A stretch of 64,000 nt of DNA from Hydrurus foetidus (lineage: Eukaryota): assembly GCA_900617105.1 (NCBI GenBank), contig UYFQ01000218.1, forward strand, positions 62,001 to 126,000, in the 5' to 3' direction. How positions within the stretch are numbered: position 1 is the first letter of the stretch; every line of letters starts with the position of its first letter. The notes under the pieces were generated by a model. That model was not told the origin of the DNA. It saw only the letters and a list, made by a program, of their open reading frames with translations, and made no database searches. Of the stretch, positions 1 to 13,819 are shown in pieces. The position numbers were made by a program, and so were the translations under genes.

Positions 1-656
1 TGGTTTTCTTCGGATATGTTGATTCGTCGGAAAAGACTATTGACACGACCGAGATACCTCTGACGGAAATTCTTCTTCCTCCACGGCCTCTCCCTCATCT
101 CCTCCAATATGAACAATTGTCACTCAGCATCTATTGTGGCTTAATCCACTTTACTATGAGTGTAACCACCTCCTAGCTATACAATGTTGAATTCTGCCCT
201 GCCTTTATGTCGACCCCAACAATAACATCAAGGATATTTTGTCATGTAATACTATACGTGTCATTGCATCAACTTCACTATGATATAGCTGGTGGATAGT
301 TGAAGTCGTTGTGAAGTAAATAAATCCACCACAGAGCTCAAGTGACAATTGTTCATTTAATAAAGAATGGGATGAGGAAAAGGCAGTTGTGGGTGGAGTG
401 GCAGAATGTGAAGGTGAGTATTTTATTTTCTCTGAGAACCTACCCAAATCCCAAAGGTATGTGGGACAGATCTTGGATCCACCAACGGCTCTAAATTCTA
501 AACACTATTAGGTAGTAGACACTGCTGGTTGCTATCTCACGCCTCACGCAGAGTCCAGAGCAGACAGTCTGTGCTATCAGTACAGCAGTTGTCTTGCAAC
601 GTCGGTAAGGCCTTCGGCAAGTTTGTTTCACCCGGAAAATGGCATAAAGTGAAGTC

Positions 657-3600
657 ATGGAGAAACTCAAATCCAACGTCTTCATTACGAAGAAATCATT
701 TGATCGTTTCAGATTGCTACAGATGTCACGTAGTCCGATACTGACTTGTAATAGTTATGATCAATCGAGCTTGAGGTTCATTACTTACAGTAAATTGATG
801 GCAGTTTCAACAAGTGACAGCTTCAGCCCATTGATTGACTTCTTAGATCATAACTGTCAAGCGACGAGTCTCCTCGGGGCAGTTCAGTTCCCTACATTGT
901 TAACAGCAACTGATACCTACAAAAGTGAAGTAGTTGATTTCCTTGGTCATATGGTTCACTTTTGCTCTGAACGAGCGGTTACATCGCATAGCAGCTTCCA
1001 GGAATCCTGTCGTCTCTGTGGAGCATTCCTAGTGTACATCATTAACAGCAGTGCTGCTGATGACCAAAACAACTTGATATCGACAGTAGTTTTTTCCCTC
1101 TCTGAAGGGCTACTAGCGATTATGAAAGAGGTTGATTTTCTAAATATTTCTGATTCAGAAAGGCAGTACTTTGAGAGGGAACTTATTTATGTTATTTCAA
1201 TCAGCTGCTCCCTGCTCTTTCAGGTTATCTCTAAAGCGGAATGTACTCAGATGAGAGATTCTAATGGGACACTAGGGGAATGCCATGAAATCCTTAGCTG
1301 GGCAGTGAGTCTTGCATGTTCCGTTTCTGAGGGTATACAAAAGTCTCCTCAGGATAAGGTTACACCAGCTCTAAATGGTGCTAGAAACATCACTACTTCT
1401 GAGAAACATCTTCATGTCGACAAAGGAGATCAACGCTCTAAATCGGAAATTAATTCAAATTTGTCAAATGTTCTAGTCGGAAAGAGAGGAATTGATGCGA
1501 AGAATTGTTTGTCGGATTTTCAGTTAACTTTTGACAATTGTTTCCTATCTCGTTTATTCTGGCAGAACAACGACTCATACTCCTCAGTGCTGGGAACATT
1601 ATGCTCTGAATACCTTGCTACTGTGCTACCTTATCAAAATATGGAATTCACGGCTACTCCGGTCAACTTCAGAAATGTTTACCGTGAAGTTTACGGCCAA
1701 CAAGTGGATTGTGTATTTTGTCCGATAAGTTCCCCACACAGAACAGCAATTATTGCTTGGAGTAAATATTCTCAAAATTCGAAGGCGTTCAATTCTATAT
1801 ACGTTCTGCAGTGCACTTTTATACATTCTTTAAATTTACTGCTGAGAGCTGAGGAATGTTCTGATGAAATTGGTCCCATTGATAAGGATGACGTCACTGA
1901 TGAGAATGAGGAAAATAATGACGTACTCCACAAGAATCTTTCATCCAAAGAAAGTAAAAATGTGAATTGCAGAATGCGTAGAGATGAAGCATATTCTTTG
2001 ATAACAATATCAGCTCAAAGAATGTTCCGCACAGCACCGGATTTATTCCTAAGAATATTATGCGATTCTGCATCATGTTCTTTAGAAATTAATTTCAGAG
2101 AAAAACAGAATATTTTAAGTGAAAATATTTCATCGACAAATTCGTGCAACTTTTATAGTACGTCATTACAAATCATACTAAAAATTCTCACAGAATCTTT
2201 GGAAATTTTTGGGGGGACCGTTTCAATGATTTTATCTTCTACCTTGAAAATTTGCAATTCTCAGAATACGAAGGGTTATAACGAAAAACACCCCCCAAAC
2301 CCTGGGGTAATTCCGTTATTTTCAGAATTGGTCAAAGAGTTGGAAAGTGGGTTTCTCGTGGGTACTTTGATGTTGTATTTCATAGCGGATGATCTAAGAA
2401 GTCAAGAGGTGAGGCAACGTCTAATGTTCATGTAGATCATTTTAAGATCTTTTGTCGAAGTCGCAACAAAAAAGCTGTCTTGAGATTTTACCGAAGCATA
2501 TTTGACGACTGTGAAGCTTTTTACATTGTTCTCATCGGACATTTCCGAATACTAAAACATAGTCTCCCAGTTCCGTTGTGACTCCAGCCACCATGTTGTT
2601 CCTTGCATCACTTAGATGACTGGAGGTCAATTTTATTTTCCCGTATTTTACATGGTGAATTCTTGAATGTTCGGTACTTCAATTGCAGCGTTATAACGCA
2701 GGCTGCTCTTTCACTCAGAAATGAATTTGAAAGTTATAAGAATACAACCGTGTATTATTACTATTTATTCCGGCTAAAAAAATATCTTATTATAATGTAC
2801 CTATATAATTACAGTATGAAAAAAAATCTCTTTACGATACCCACTTAAATAATCATTTTTTTTTAATTCTTTTCTCATGCAGACTGTGGATTGGATATTT
2901 CAAGAATTCACAGCGGACCCAGAACTCATATTCCAGATTCTGTTAGTCTGCATATCATGCGTTGGTAAGTGACTCCTTCTCTGTTACTATTTAAATGATT
3001 CCTATCAATTTTAATTTATGGTAAAAGTGTTGACCAATTACGACACTGTTTTGATAACATACGCATGAATTACATTTATCTTAATGATAATTTTTTGCAT
3101 CCACTGATTTCAATTGATTCCTCACTTCCATGTCCTTTTTCCTTCCCTTATTCTTTCTTTTCTTTCTTTTCCTTTTTTCCTTCCTTCTTTCCTTCCTTCT
3201 TTCCTTCCTTCTTTCCTTCCTTCCTTCCTTCCTTCCTTCCTTCCTTCCTTCCTTCCTTCCTTCCTTCCTTCCTTCCTTCCTTCCTTCCTTCCTTCCTTCC
3301 TTCCTTCCTTCCTTCCTTCCTTCCTTCCTTTCCTTCTTTCTATTCCTATTCTTATTCTAAATTATATACAAAATTTCTCACGTCCCTCTCCTACTTACAT
3401 ACAGTGGAAAGTGCACGGTCTGGAATCTTGGATCCAGAGTCCGTACGCACGAATAAAAACACCGTACGTTGCTTGGAAGTACTCATGCTTCAACTTAGCG
3501 AATCAAAGTTCAAAGTCCCAGCTGCAGTGGAGAAAAAAATCAGAAGGTTACTGAATGAAAAATTTATTATCATTTACATCTTGGCTGTACTATTACGATT

Positions 3601-6600
3601 CCGGAATAAAATGAACCTTTCCGAAAAGCCAAAAAGTTTAGAATATGTTGGGGCGCCACTCCCCACACCATACACTCCCCACACCATACTGAATCATCAA
3701 AAACGGAAAATTAGTATGGTATGGGGAGTGGGACCCCAGCGAGTTCTAATACTTTTGGCTTTTCAGAAAGATCCATTTTATTCCGGAATCGTGACAATTT
3801 CGCGATTCTCTGTATTACATGATATTGGTTTCAGTTGACTTTCAAATATTGGTGTTTTTTTATTGAGCGGTTTTTATTAATGGTTTTATATCTTTCTGAT
3901 TACATTGGTATGGTGGTCATAGTGGATCGAATTTTTTATAGCGATCAGATAATGACTCAAATAAAGAGGGGGAAAGTCTAATATTGGTATTAATGTTTAT
4001 ATTGCTGGTTTCATCAAGAACTGAAACTGTCGTCCAAGCAATTGCATTTCTGTGACATAAACTTCAAGTCTACTCTTTTTAACTGGTCCTCTAAATGACT
4101 AAACTTCGATATTATGATATGCGGTTTCAAGAAAGGACTTCTCATGGAATACTGTAATTTATTATTTTATTAAAAATTGCATTTTTGTTGGTCTTAAAAT
4201 AATTGTTATCATGATTTATGATATTATTAATTTAATATTTTATGGAATGTAGGGTGCAAGGTCTGATGAAATATTGGGGAAGAAAAGTGGAGCAATTATA
4301 CGAAACAGAAAAAATAAAACACACTTTAATCATCTCTAATAGTACACCTAAAGATAGTACGGTCACAATTCTCCAAAACCGTATTATCACATTTCCGGAT
4401 TTGATCAATTTGGAATCTAGACTCCATAGGTCTTTTGACAAATTTGGAATTTCCGTCTTTTTGGATTTATTCAATCCATCATATGATCAGGTGAATCCCG
4501 TACCATTTAAGTTTTGAAAGGAAAAATAAACTAAAAAATTGGTCCCAAATTAGAATGATATAATTATTATTTGACGCAATTTAAGATTTATGAAAATTCA
4601 ATCATGGTTACATTCACTTTGTCGAATATCTACCATGCTATTTCCATTAAATGTGCTCAAGAGCAGCACGTTTTTACTCTAGAACAACTCAACATCATCA
4701 ATCACCACTCCAATCATTCTACTCCTCTGTATTTTCATCTCATTGACTGCCCTACTATTCCATTTACTGTCACACTAAAAAGGATTCTCCCCTGGGGATA
4801 GAGTTCGCCCAGCAGCGGACACAACTCATCAATCGATGCAGATGTAGCTCCCATTTCATCCTAAGAAATACAGCTGCTACACTAGTTAATCTTGCAAACC
4901 GAGTGGTACTATTGCCGTCAAACCAACCGGACCCCCGGTCACTCCCTTTACCCCCCTCCTTCTCAGAGAAGGTGCGGAGAGCTTTTCAATCGGATAGTAA
5001 GTACGGAAATACTAATCGTACGATCCGCACACAGAGGGTATCATCTCAGACCTATAGGGATAAAGTTCATACAAGCACGTACACAGATCCATACAGTACG
5101 TACAGAACGTACGATCGCACGAACAAATCTTCATCAGTAAATGTTCCAATCTGCAGGTACGTCATATTCGGCCCGTTATTTGCTGCTCTGCCTTTGTGTA
5201 GGTGTAGTGATATTTGCTGTGTGATTCATGACAACAGCAGTGGTGTGGATCTTTTGCATAGAGTGAGCGCTCTATCTTCCCTACACTGAACTTTACTCAC
5301 CTACCGTGATTCCCTTCCTAACAGCCAATTTTATTATTCTTATCTTATCTCACGATTTTTCATTATCATATACAGTGTAATCCGATGTCCCACAGAAAGT
5401 GCAATGTATCCCACACACTACTCAGAAATGGCATCGGCTGATCCACTTCAACTAGAAATGTTTCTCTTAAAACCAAATAATGTTCCTATAGGTAAAAAGG
5501 GTTCGTATGGTGCTAAGTGCGAGGACTACATATCTCTGACATATACCCTTATTCATTCTGTGAGAAGTGTTACACTGATAAAAATACTTCACAAATATCA
5601 AAATAATAAGAATTGTAGTCAGAATAATGTTGCAACAAGAGAATATACAGAGAGTGAAGAATCTCAAGAATTTGGTATCAATATCTCATGCGATGTATCA
5701 GAAAGTGTACTATGCATTGTCAACGCATACGCGCATTGTGTAGTGCTGCCGGTGCTAGCTGGAACTGTACAATGGCACATACTCCAACTGCTACGTCTAC
5801 GAGAGGATAACACTTCCTCCAACACTACCTCGTGCACTACCTCTTTATCTGATGACACTACTCGATTTTCATCATTTTCATCCGGTACCAGCAGGTGAGT
5901 TAGCTGACGGGTGTAATACTGCACAGACACTTGTTCTGTATCTATTGCACTGCACTCTATCAAATGAAATCTCTGATTCTTTTGGGACTCTCTATCTTCG
6001 AAATTTAATCAACATGCCATAACTTTGTCTGTCTCACCTTAACTGATCTATATTTTTATGATGTCCTCCATTTCTCTCTATTTTTTTTAACTGTTATGAA
6101 TCCACAACATTACTCCCATTATCTCTTTATCTCACTTTTTTTTTCTTATCGTCTCTCTTTCTTATTCTCCCTCTCTCACCCCCACATACACTCACACACA
6201 CTCCATTATACCCCCTAGAAATAAGACTCTCAACAAGACCTCCGAAGAAATCCTCAAAGCAACACTGAGCTACATTATAGCTTGTGTTGAAATAGCCGTA
6301 TGTACACTCGACATCACGGAGCAATCTCAATTCATGCTCATTGTGTTCACCACACCGGTTAGGAGTGCTCTAATGTGCGCCTTTTCAGATATCGCCTCAC
6401 AGCAATACGGTGGAGGTATGTCTGAAAACAAAAAACCTCATTGACTTAAAAACTCTTCACCTCTCCATTCTGCACCTCTCATAATCCGTTTATCTATCTT
6501 TTTGAATCAGACATCTTTTTTAACCTAATCCTATCTCTCTATTTCTTATCTGCTTAACACTCTTCGATTGTATCTCTCATTGTCAACAATTCTCCCTCCA

Positions 6601-9600
6601 GGTAATGCTGTACATTTGAAAGGCGATGCTGTACTATACGTCGTAACGTACATAATTGAAAAAATGGGAGAATTCGTGTGTAATTTGGATGATGCTAACG
6701 AGGTTTGTAAATTCATTGCTGAGAAAGAAGTAGAGAAAGACGTAGAGAAAGAGGTAAAGGAGGGGCAGAATGAGGAAGTGTTAGGAAGGAGTGAAGGAGC
6801 AGAGGTGGTAGGGGTAATTGGTGTCAGGCAAGAAGAATTAACCGTTGGGAATTGTGGCGGTGATATTGCCGGTAGATCCGGCCATCACGCCTCACAAGAA
6901 TCAAAAAATTTACATTCATCTCCAATAAGAACAAATGAAAAAAGCATCAATGAAAAAAATAATGAGGCGGAAAAAGGTCAGGGAGAAAAAAGAAGTGAGA
7001 GCTTTAAGAACAGATGCAGCACATTGCCTTTACTCTCATTCTTTCCTCTTCTTTCCTTCGCTAATGTAGCTCTTGCTATGATTGATCAAAATGGTCGATC
7101 TTCATTTCAAAGAAACAAACTTTCAGAAATTCTTGATGGCGAAATAAAAAATCAAGTTATGTCTTATTTTACTGAGGAAAATAAAGAACTCTCACTTCAC
7201 CAGTATAATGTTCCTTATCCTCTACAATACTGCACATATTTTAACATTGCTGGTAGCACATACATGGGAAATCGGTCCGTACTGAGGTACGTCCGTGCAT
7301 TACAATTCGAACGTATTTCTACATTCAGATTTTATATGTTGGTCGCACTAGTCTGAGTTTATATTTATTGTCTACCTGCGCGAACTGATTGAACTGACTT
7401 CAATTGCATGTAGCGACAAGAATAGAGCGAGCTATTTTTCGATACATTCCAAATGTGTTTATCGTTTATTCGTACCAAAGTAGACCTGTTATAATAATTC
7501 AATTTCCCTCTAACACTTGACGCCATTAAATTTACACAGCAGACATCAAAAGAAGGGTGAAAAAGAGGTAGAGACAGAGGTAGTGACTCTTAACGAAGAA
7601 GAGTGTTACTACGTGTGCATCGATGTTCCTACGAAAAGAACAGAAGAATGTGCGTCATCGAAACAGGCAGAAGAATGTTCTGCATCTTCTCCTCCTAACG
7701 GAACTCCTGTTCTTGAAGAACACTTCAACTGTACCTCTCATACTACACCTCACACCACACCGCAGAACACAGAACAGAACACATCATTCGATACCCCACG
7801 CAACACGACATGTAGCACCCCGCACAACAAAACGCACAATAAAATATACAGTACCCCAAACACCACCCCTCACACTGCCCCACACGGTACACCACACAGC
7901 AACGTCTCTGACGTATGCACAGTAAGCCCTATTTCATCGGCCTTACTTCCTTCCCAAAGCTGCCCACCTCATGTCACATCCACGCCAACACAAACCCTCA
8001 TAACCGATACACCCAATACATTGAACGTATCCACTTTAATGGAGGATGGACCCCTGGGTGTAATTTATGTGAGGTCGAAAGAAGTCGAAGGGAATACAGA
8101 ATATGAGGTGAAAAACTGTATACAAGATTCACTGAAATGTGAAGAGAATAATGTAAAAATAGATAAAAACAAAGAATCAGAAAAGAGTAACAACAAATGT
8201 AACACAGAAGCAGCAGGTTGTAAAAAGGAAAAAAGAGAAAATGAAATGAATCTGTTTCGAGTGAAAATGAAAACAATTACGGAATCTCAAGGTCCAAGAT
8301 CCCTAATTATATTAATTGAGAAAATTGATGATGATAATAGTCAAGAAAGTATTATTGATTTCCGTAAAAACTATGATAATCTCTACAAAATACACGAAAA
8401 TGACAGTAATACGAATTCGTCTAATACGGTTTCTGAAGATTTAAAAAGGACCAGTCGGTTGATGATATTGCCGAGTATAGAGGACCTCTGGAAAACAGTG
8501 AATTCTCCAATAACGGATTCTGAACATTATCCTCAGTCAAATAAAAAGCATGCAAATATTCATCAATCCGATACTACAGACATCAACAACAGCTACAACA
8601 GCAATGATAATTTGACCCCTCAAACCTTGGGGTGTGAACAAACAAGGACCAATACCCGCAGTACCTACGAAAATGATTTGAATTTTCATTTGAAAGATCT
8701 TGCCGACGCGGAAGTGAATTTTTCGAAAATGAAAGAATGCGAAGAAGTGGGATTCCTTGGGAGAGTTGGGAAGTCGTGTGGGGTCACACGGAATCTAGGG
8801 ATCCAAAGTTCCAGAGATAAGGTACGGTGGATTTTATTTTTGTTGATGTGGTGATGTTTAGTAATATGTGATATTTTGCGGTGCTGTGCGGTGCTGTGCG
8901 GTGTGGTGTAGTGCAGTGTGGTATGGTGTAGTGTAGTGAAATATTCATTTTATGAAACATTCTATTGCACATCCGCACATGCCTCTCTGTCCTTACTATT
9001 CATAATCATGGCACTTTGCACAGAACTATCTCTTCATGCTCAGTGCATGTCGAGTGGAAAATCGTACGTACGTGCATGTATGTATTTGCATATGCACGCA
9101 TTCGCTGATAGACGTGTAAGACATCTATGCATGCATTCATATGTCATTCGTTCATCCATTCAGTCATCTATTCCTTCTCTTCAAAGAAGAGCAATTATTC
9201 AATTACGCATGCTAAATCTCACTTCCTTCATCCTTCTTCCTTTCTCCTTTCTCCTTTCTCTCTCAGTATCCATCACCATTTCATTTGCTTGCAATATGTC
9301 CATACGGATTGGAGTTCCAGAGAGCGTACGTGCTCCACGAGTCTCTCATCAGCAGGATTCAATTTCAAGGGGATAGGTGTTTTTTTTTTAATACTTATGT
9401 AAATGACTGTTTGTTGATTTAAAACTGTTATTATCGACTTTGTTAATTTAATATATTTTCTCCTATACATTATTGTTACGTATATACGATAGTTTCCTAC
9501 GATAGCATAATACCTATTTTCATTTTTCATTTTTACCGTCAATTAGTTGCTTTGATAAGAATTTTTGATATGCCCCTTTTATCACTGTGATCTTCACATG

Positions 9601-10412
9601 ATCCTCTTCACTAGGGTTGAGATGCTGTCGAGACTAGCGCATATACATCTCACGAAAAAGATGCAGACTCTTTGCAGTGAAACAGGAGACGTTTCAGATG
9701 TCGAAGGAATCAGCAATAATATGGCTGTACACATGGGATGTCACGTTATACGGTAAGAAGACATAACCCTTGATTGCCACCATCTGCATCCACATTTGAA
9801 AGTGTAACGCTTTTCACATTATTACAGACTGACTATCTCGACTGCATCTCGTACATGTCTGGAGCAGATAAGTCTACCTGATAGTCTACTCATACAAAAC
9901 AATCTGAAACATAGCAGTAGATCTTTTTATTCCCTATTTTACGATTGTTTGTATCTGTTTTACTGCGTATCTGTTGGTGAACTTAGAACACGACTGAACA
10001 TCTTGTTTTTCCTAACTTGTTCTGGAATGTTTTTCTTGATGCATGTACAACCAATATTGGAAGATAACCGTTGTTCTAACAAATCGTTTTTTCCCTCCAT
10101 TTATCTTTTAGTTCATTACTATCGAGTCAGGTTGAGGACGATGCACTACACAACATGGAAGAAAAATACCGTATAAAAAACGAAGAACTAATACGCCTTA
10201 CAAGTAGGCAAAATCACACAAAGAATTTACCAAAGTCATCAGAACTTGAGGAAATAGAAAAGGCGTCACAGAATTGTGTTAAAAAAATACGGACTCTGGA
10301 ACCTAGATTCTGGATGTTGGATGTGTTAGCTGATTTTGTTGAACCAAAAAGTAATAATGTAAATGATGGAGATGAGGATGGAGATGAGTTGAGGATCAGA
10401 ACGGAGAGTACA

Positions 10413-10459
<47 letters not shown>

Positions 10460-13404
10460 TTCTTCTCCTTCTTCTCCCTCTGATATCCCTCTCTCCGCAG
10501 CCACTTCGAACACTTCAGCACCCTCGTCTCTCACTTCTCCCACTTACTCCTTTTCAACAAAATCGCACAGAATCGCGACAGTGCTGTGTGCGCTGAGAGA
10601 GTTTGATGCAGTTTGTTTTATCAATCCATCTTACACTCTTTCATCTAATCGGATACTTGGTAATTTAAAAGACGTGGATTCTGGATCTAATTCCAACACA
10701 CACAACAATCAAGAAATGAATAATCGTGATACGGAAGAAAAAAAAAATGAGGTAGAGAATCAAGGGAACACTATAATACCCCACACAAGTTTTGTGAACA
10801 GTACCATTCAATATCCAATCCAAACAATACAAAATAACAGTGAACATCCGTTGGAAAATAATTCATTGAATGCCTCTCCCAAACTTGAACAATCTAACGG
10901 AATCTTTTCTTCTCTTGTCAAATCTCTTTCGTCTCTGAAGACACTCCTACAAGCTATACAAGATGAAATAGATGACACTTTGTTGGTCGTATTTAATACA
11001 CTAAGCGCTTGTATGTGCTCTATTCTCCAGACATTTACGTCAACTCTACCTCTTTCTCTACCTCCTTCTTGTACTGATAGCAATACTATAAAATGGGATT
11101 GCGATACTATTTGCACTCTGATTATGAGCTGCACAACAACATCAATACTCCTCACTTCTTCCCTTAAAAAATTTCAATTAATTAGTAGTAGAAACAATTT
11201 TCCCCGGAATCACTGGTGCAGGGTCTGTCTTCATTTTCGGTATAATTCGATTGTTCCAGATTTGATTTCCGTGTTCTTGAGGAGGAGGCTCGCTGCCTCC
11301 TCTAATCTTCCTCCCTTCTCTTCTTCTCTTCTATCTTCTTCTTCTACTTCAGCTTCTTCGACTCCAATTCCTGCAGAAGTAAATGAAAGCGATGGTGCTA
11401 CACTACGTCAAACTTCTGTGTTAACATCGGCATCTTATAATCACTCTCATTCTACTCCCACTCCAACAAAAATACTGCCATATGATAACACAAATAAATC
11501 AATGGCGAAAAATGAAGAAAATATAAATTCAAAAAAAGATAATTTAATTAATTCAGAGGAAGAATGCCTTGATATTTTCATTCCAAAAAGAAGACAAATG
11601 AAAAGAAAAATGATGCATGCATCATCTCTTCTAGCACTCTCGTCTTCGTCAAATAATTCTAATTCGAAAAACACTCCCACGGCTAAGCCGTTAACTACGG
11701 CTGATTTAGCCGTAAAATCCGAAGTAATTCTCGCTTCTGTTTCATCTCTTTCTACCGTTAACTTCGAAAAAGCGTCAAAATCTAGTATTACAGGATCTGC
11801 AGATAAATACTGGGAAGATGATTACGGTGGAATTTTGAGTTCTAGTTCCCTTCCTCTTTCGTGCGGAATTGAAATTAAGTCTGACAGTCACAACGGCCAA
11901 ATTGTATTAGGTAGTACTGACCAATCGGAAAATAAAAATATCCTAATATTGCCTCTGTGGAAAGATAAAGAAAAAATAAAAGACAAAAATGAAAAAGTTG
12001 AAAAAATTAAAAAGAATGTGAAAATGAAACTGAAATTGAATGCAGGAGATGATAAAAGGGAGGATGCTGTGTGGGGGAAATCTGATGTAAAATATTCCGA
12101 TTGTATGTCCGACATGGTGATGGAATGTGAACAGAATTTTCCATCGAAGAAAAAACATAAAAGATCGAACATGATGGTTGATGAAATAGATAATAAAACA
12201 AGCAATTCAAACCGTGCAATGGAATGTGGAATTAATGGTTCAGGGTCGGCTGAAACACACAATAGAATTCTACCAAATGAAGAAAGAACGCAAGTGCTTG
12301 ATGTTTCGGGAGGACAGACAACTGACACACCATCTTTCAGTAAAGCATTAAAAAGCTCCCCTAAAGGGAAGAATAAAAAAGATGCGAAGAAAAGCGAGGA
12401 AACAGTAAATCGTGGTGTACAGGACAGTCATAACAGTAAAAATTGTGAGAGGGTTGAGAATTTAAAAGAACGCCGTAGTAACGGTCAAAATGATTATGGC
12501 AGGAGGAAAGATGTCGAGCATGATTCAAAGCACGACAGTCATGACCTTTCAAGCAATTTTGATGATTACAGAAGTGATGATAAAAATAGTGCTATTCGTG
12601 TTGGTAACAATATCGAGAACAGTCTACGTATGGACTACAACGAAAAGAAAGAAATTTTGCAGACATCAATCAGGAATCTGGATCCAGGGTCCTCATTCAA
12701 ATCCTTCAATTCTCTCCCTTTAGAATTCCGTCTAACACCTGTAGTTGCATTCGCATCTTCATACGCACTTCAATCTGAACTTCAATCGGTACTTCAACTT
12801 CAAGTTGATGTTGGAGCTGAAGGTCGAGGTGCACTTCAACACACTCTCCCGAGTCACGAAGCAGACTCAGGTCAGTTCAAGGGCGTGGATCATACTGCTA
12901 TGCCGAGAAGTACAGAGAACGAAAATAGACTGCAATCGACAGGGGTGCAGGATGTAAGTAATGTCTCATCACTGTTAATACTTATTTGTAATTTGTTTTG
13001 TTTTTTTGTTTTTGTTATTTGTGCATAGCAGGAGGTAATCGCAAATTAGGCCCCTTCCCTCCTCCTTCTCCTCCTCCTCCTTCCTCTCATCCTCCTCCTT
13101 CTCCTCATCCCTCTCCTCCTCCCTCTCCTCCTTCTCCTCCTCCCTCTCCTCCTCCTCCCTCTCTATGGGTCTCATAATTACAGCACTGTCTTGAGAAATT
13201 GCAACTCTACTCAGTTAAATTTATAAAAAAATTCTTCTTCGGTTCGCAAAGTTTTTCCCACTCATTTGGTATTCTCTGCCCTTCTAACATTTTTATCCTA
13301 CAGTATTTCTCCATCTAATCGAGTATTTTTCTTTTTCTTTCCTCTTCATTTAGTCTGGTTGGGATGCAAGTGCCGCTACGAAAAAATGGACTTTGAGTTT
13401 TTGA
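657..13404 (+). CDS. Very large multi-exon uncharacterised protein (helical segments plus Ser/Asn/Lys-rich low-complexity regions); could be more than one gene
   Basis: Chain of long + strand ORFs (657-2435, 4903-5289, 5404-5898, 6568-7356, 7517-8854, 10155-13028), most running past a GT donor (e.g. GAG|GTGAGG 2408, CAG|GTGAGT ~5894, GAT|GTAAGT ~12953). Small exons at ~2883-2964 and ~3405-3546. Putative last exon 13354-13404 (SGWDASAATKKWTLSF*). Some junctions (e.g. 3546 to ~4680/4783) are unresolved and no domain was recognised. Confidence 0.5.
3160..3340. repeat. (TTCC)n microsatellite, intronic
   Basis: Tandem ccttccttcctt... seen directly; it generates the spurious PSFL-repeat ORFs. Confidence 0.95.
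3594..3793. mobile_element. MITE-like foldback element (~200 bp, ~80-bp imperfect terminal inverted repeats), intronic
   Basis: Left arm tacgattccggaataaaatgaacctttccgaaaagccaaaaagtttagaatatgttggggcgccactccccacaccatac matches the reverse complement of the right arm, cacgattccggaataaaatggatctttctgaaaagccaaaagtattagaactcgctggggtcccactccccataccatac. Confidence 0.75.
10413..10470 (+). repeat. (TCT)n coding trinucleotide repeat (poly-Ser)
   Basis: tcttcttct... inside ORF 10155-13028 gives an ~18-Ser run. Confidence 0.9.
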
Positions 13405-13658
13405 GTTTTTTGAAGTCAGTTACTACTATCAGTTGTACGGGAAATTGATTGGAGAATAATCCTAATATGCAAAAGTGTATCACAATCTTTTTTATCCATC
13501 ATCCTGAGCCATCTGATTTATTGACGTCAGTCAAGATTTGAACCTTAGAGAATTTCTTGGGTTATAGATTTTTTACGTAAATTTGACCAATTTTGCGTAT
13601 CGAGAATGTTCTATCATTTGACAGAGAGAGTTTTGAGTTTTGTATTGAACTGTTCAGA

Positions 13659-13819
13659 TATTGTGCCGGTCAAAACCGAACGGTGCTGCAAAACGTTTTG
13701 CGGCGTTTTCGTGTATTTGACCGTAAAATCAAAATAGCAGTTATTTTAACCTCTGTCAAAAACACGAAAAAACCTAATCGCGAAATAACTTTTCCCGTTT
13801 AGTTTTGACCGGCACAATA
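13659..13819. mobile_element. MITE (~160 bp) flanked by TA on both sides, Tc1/mariner-type
   Basis: TA-ttgtgccggtcaaaaccgaacgg ... ccgtttagttttgaccggcacaa-TA. A second internal inverted pair is ttttcgtgtatttgac / gtcaaaaacacgaaaa. Intergenic. Confidence 0.75.

Noticed and set aside
3065..3838. ORFs with (PSFL)n repeats
   Set aside because: Translation of an intronic (TTCC)n microsatellite and the foldback element; only ~3405-3546 looks like a real exon.
3840..4560. Possible decayed transposase in the long intron
   Set aside because: Short stop-interrupted frames with no recognisable DDE, RT or Rep motif.
8875..8940. Pentamer arrays (gtgct/gtgcg/gtgta; also ~18195-18245 and ~43910-43965) as CRISPR-like or regulatory arrays
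   Set aside because: Degenerate simple repeats without spacers; eukaryotic intron/intergenic context and no cas genes.
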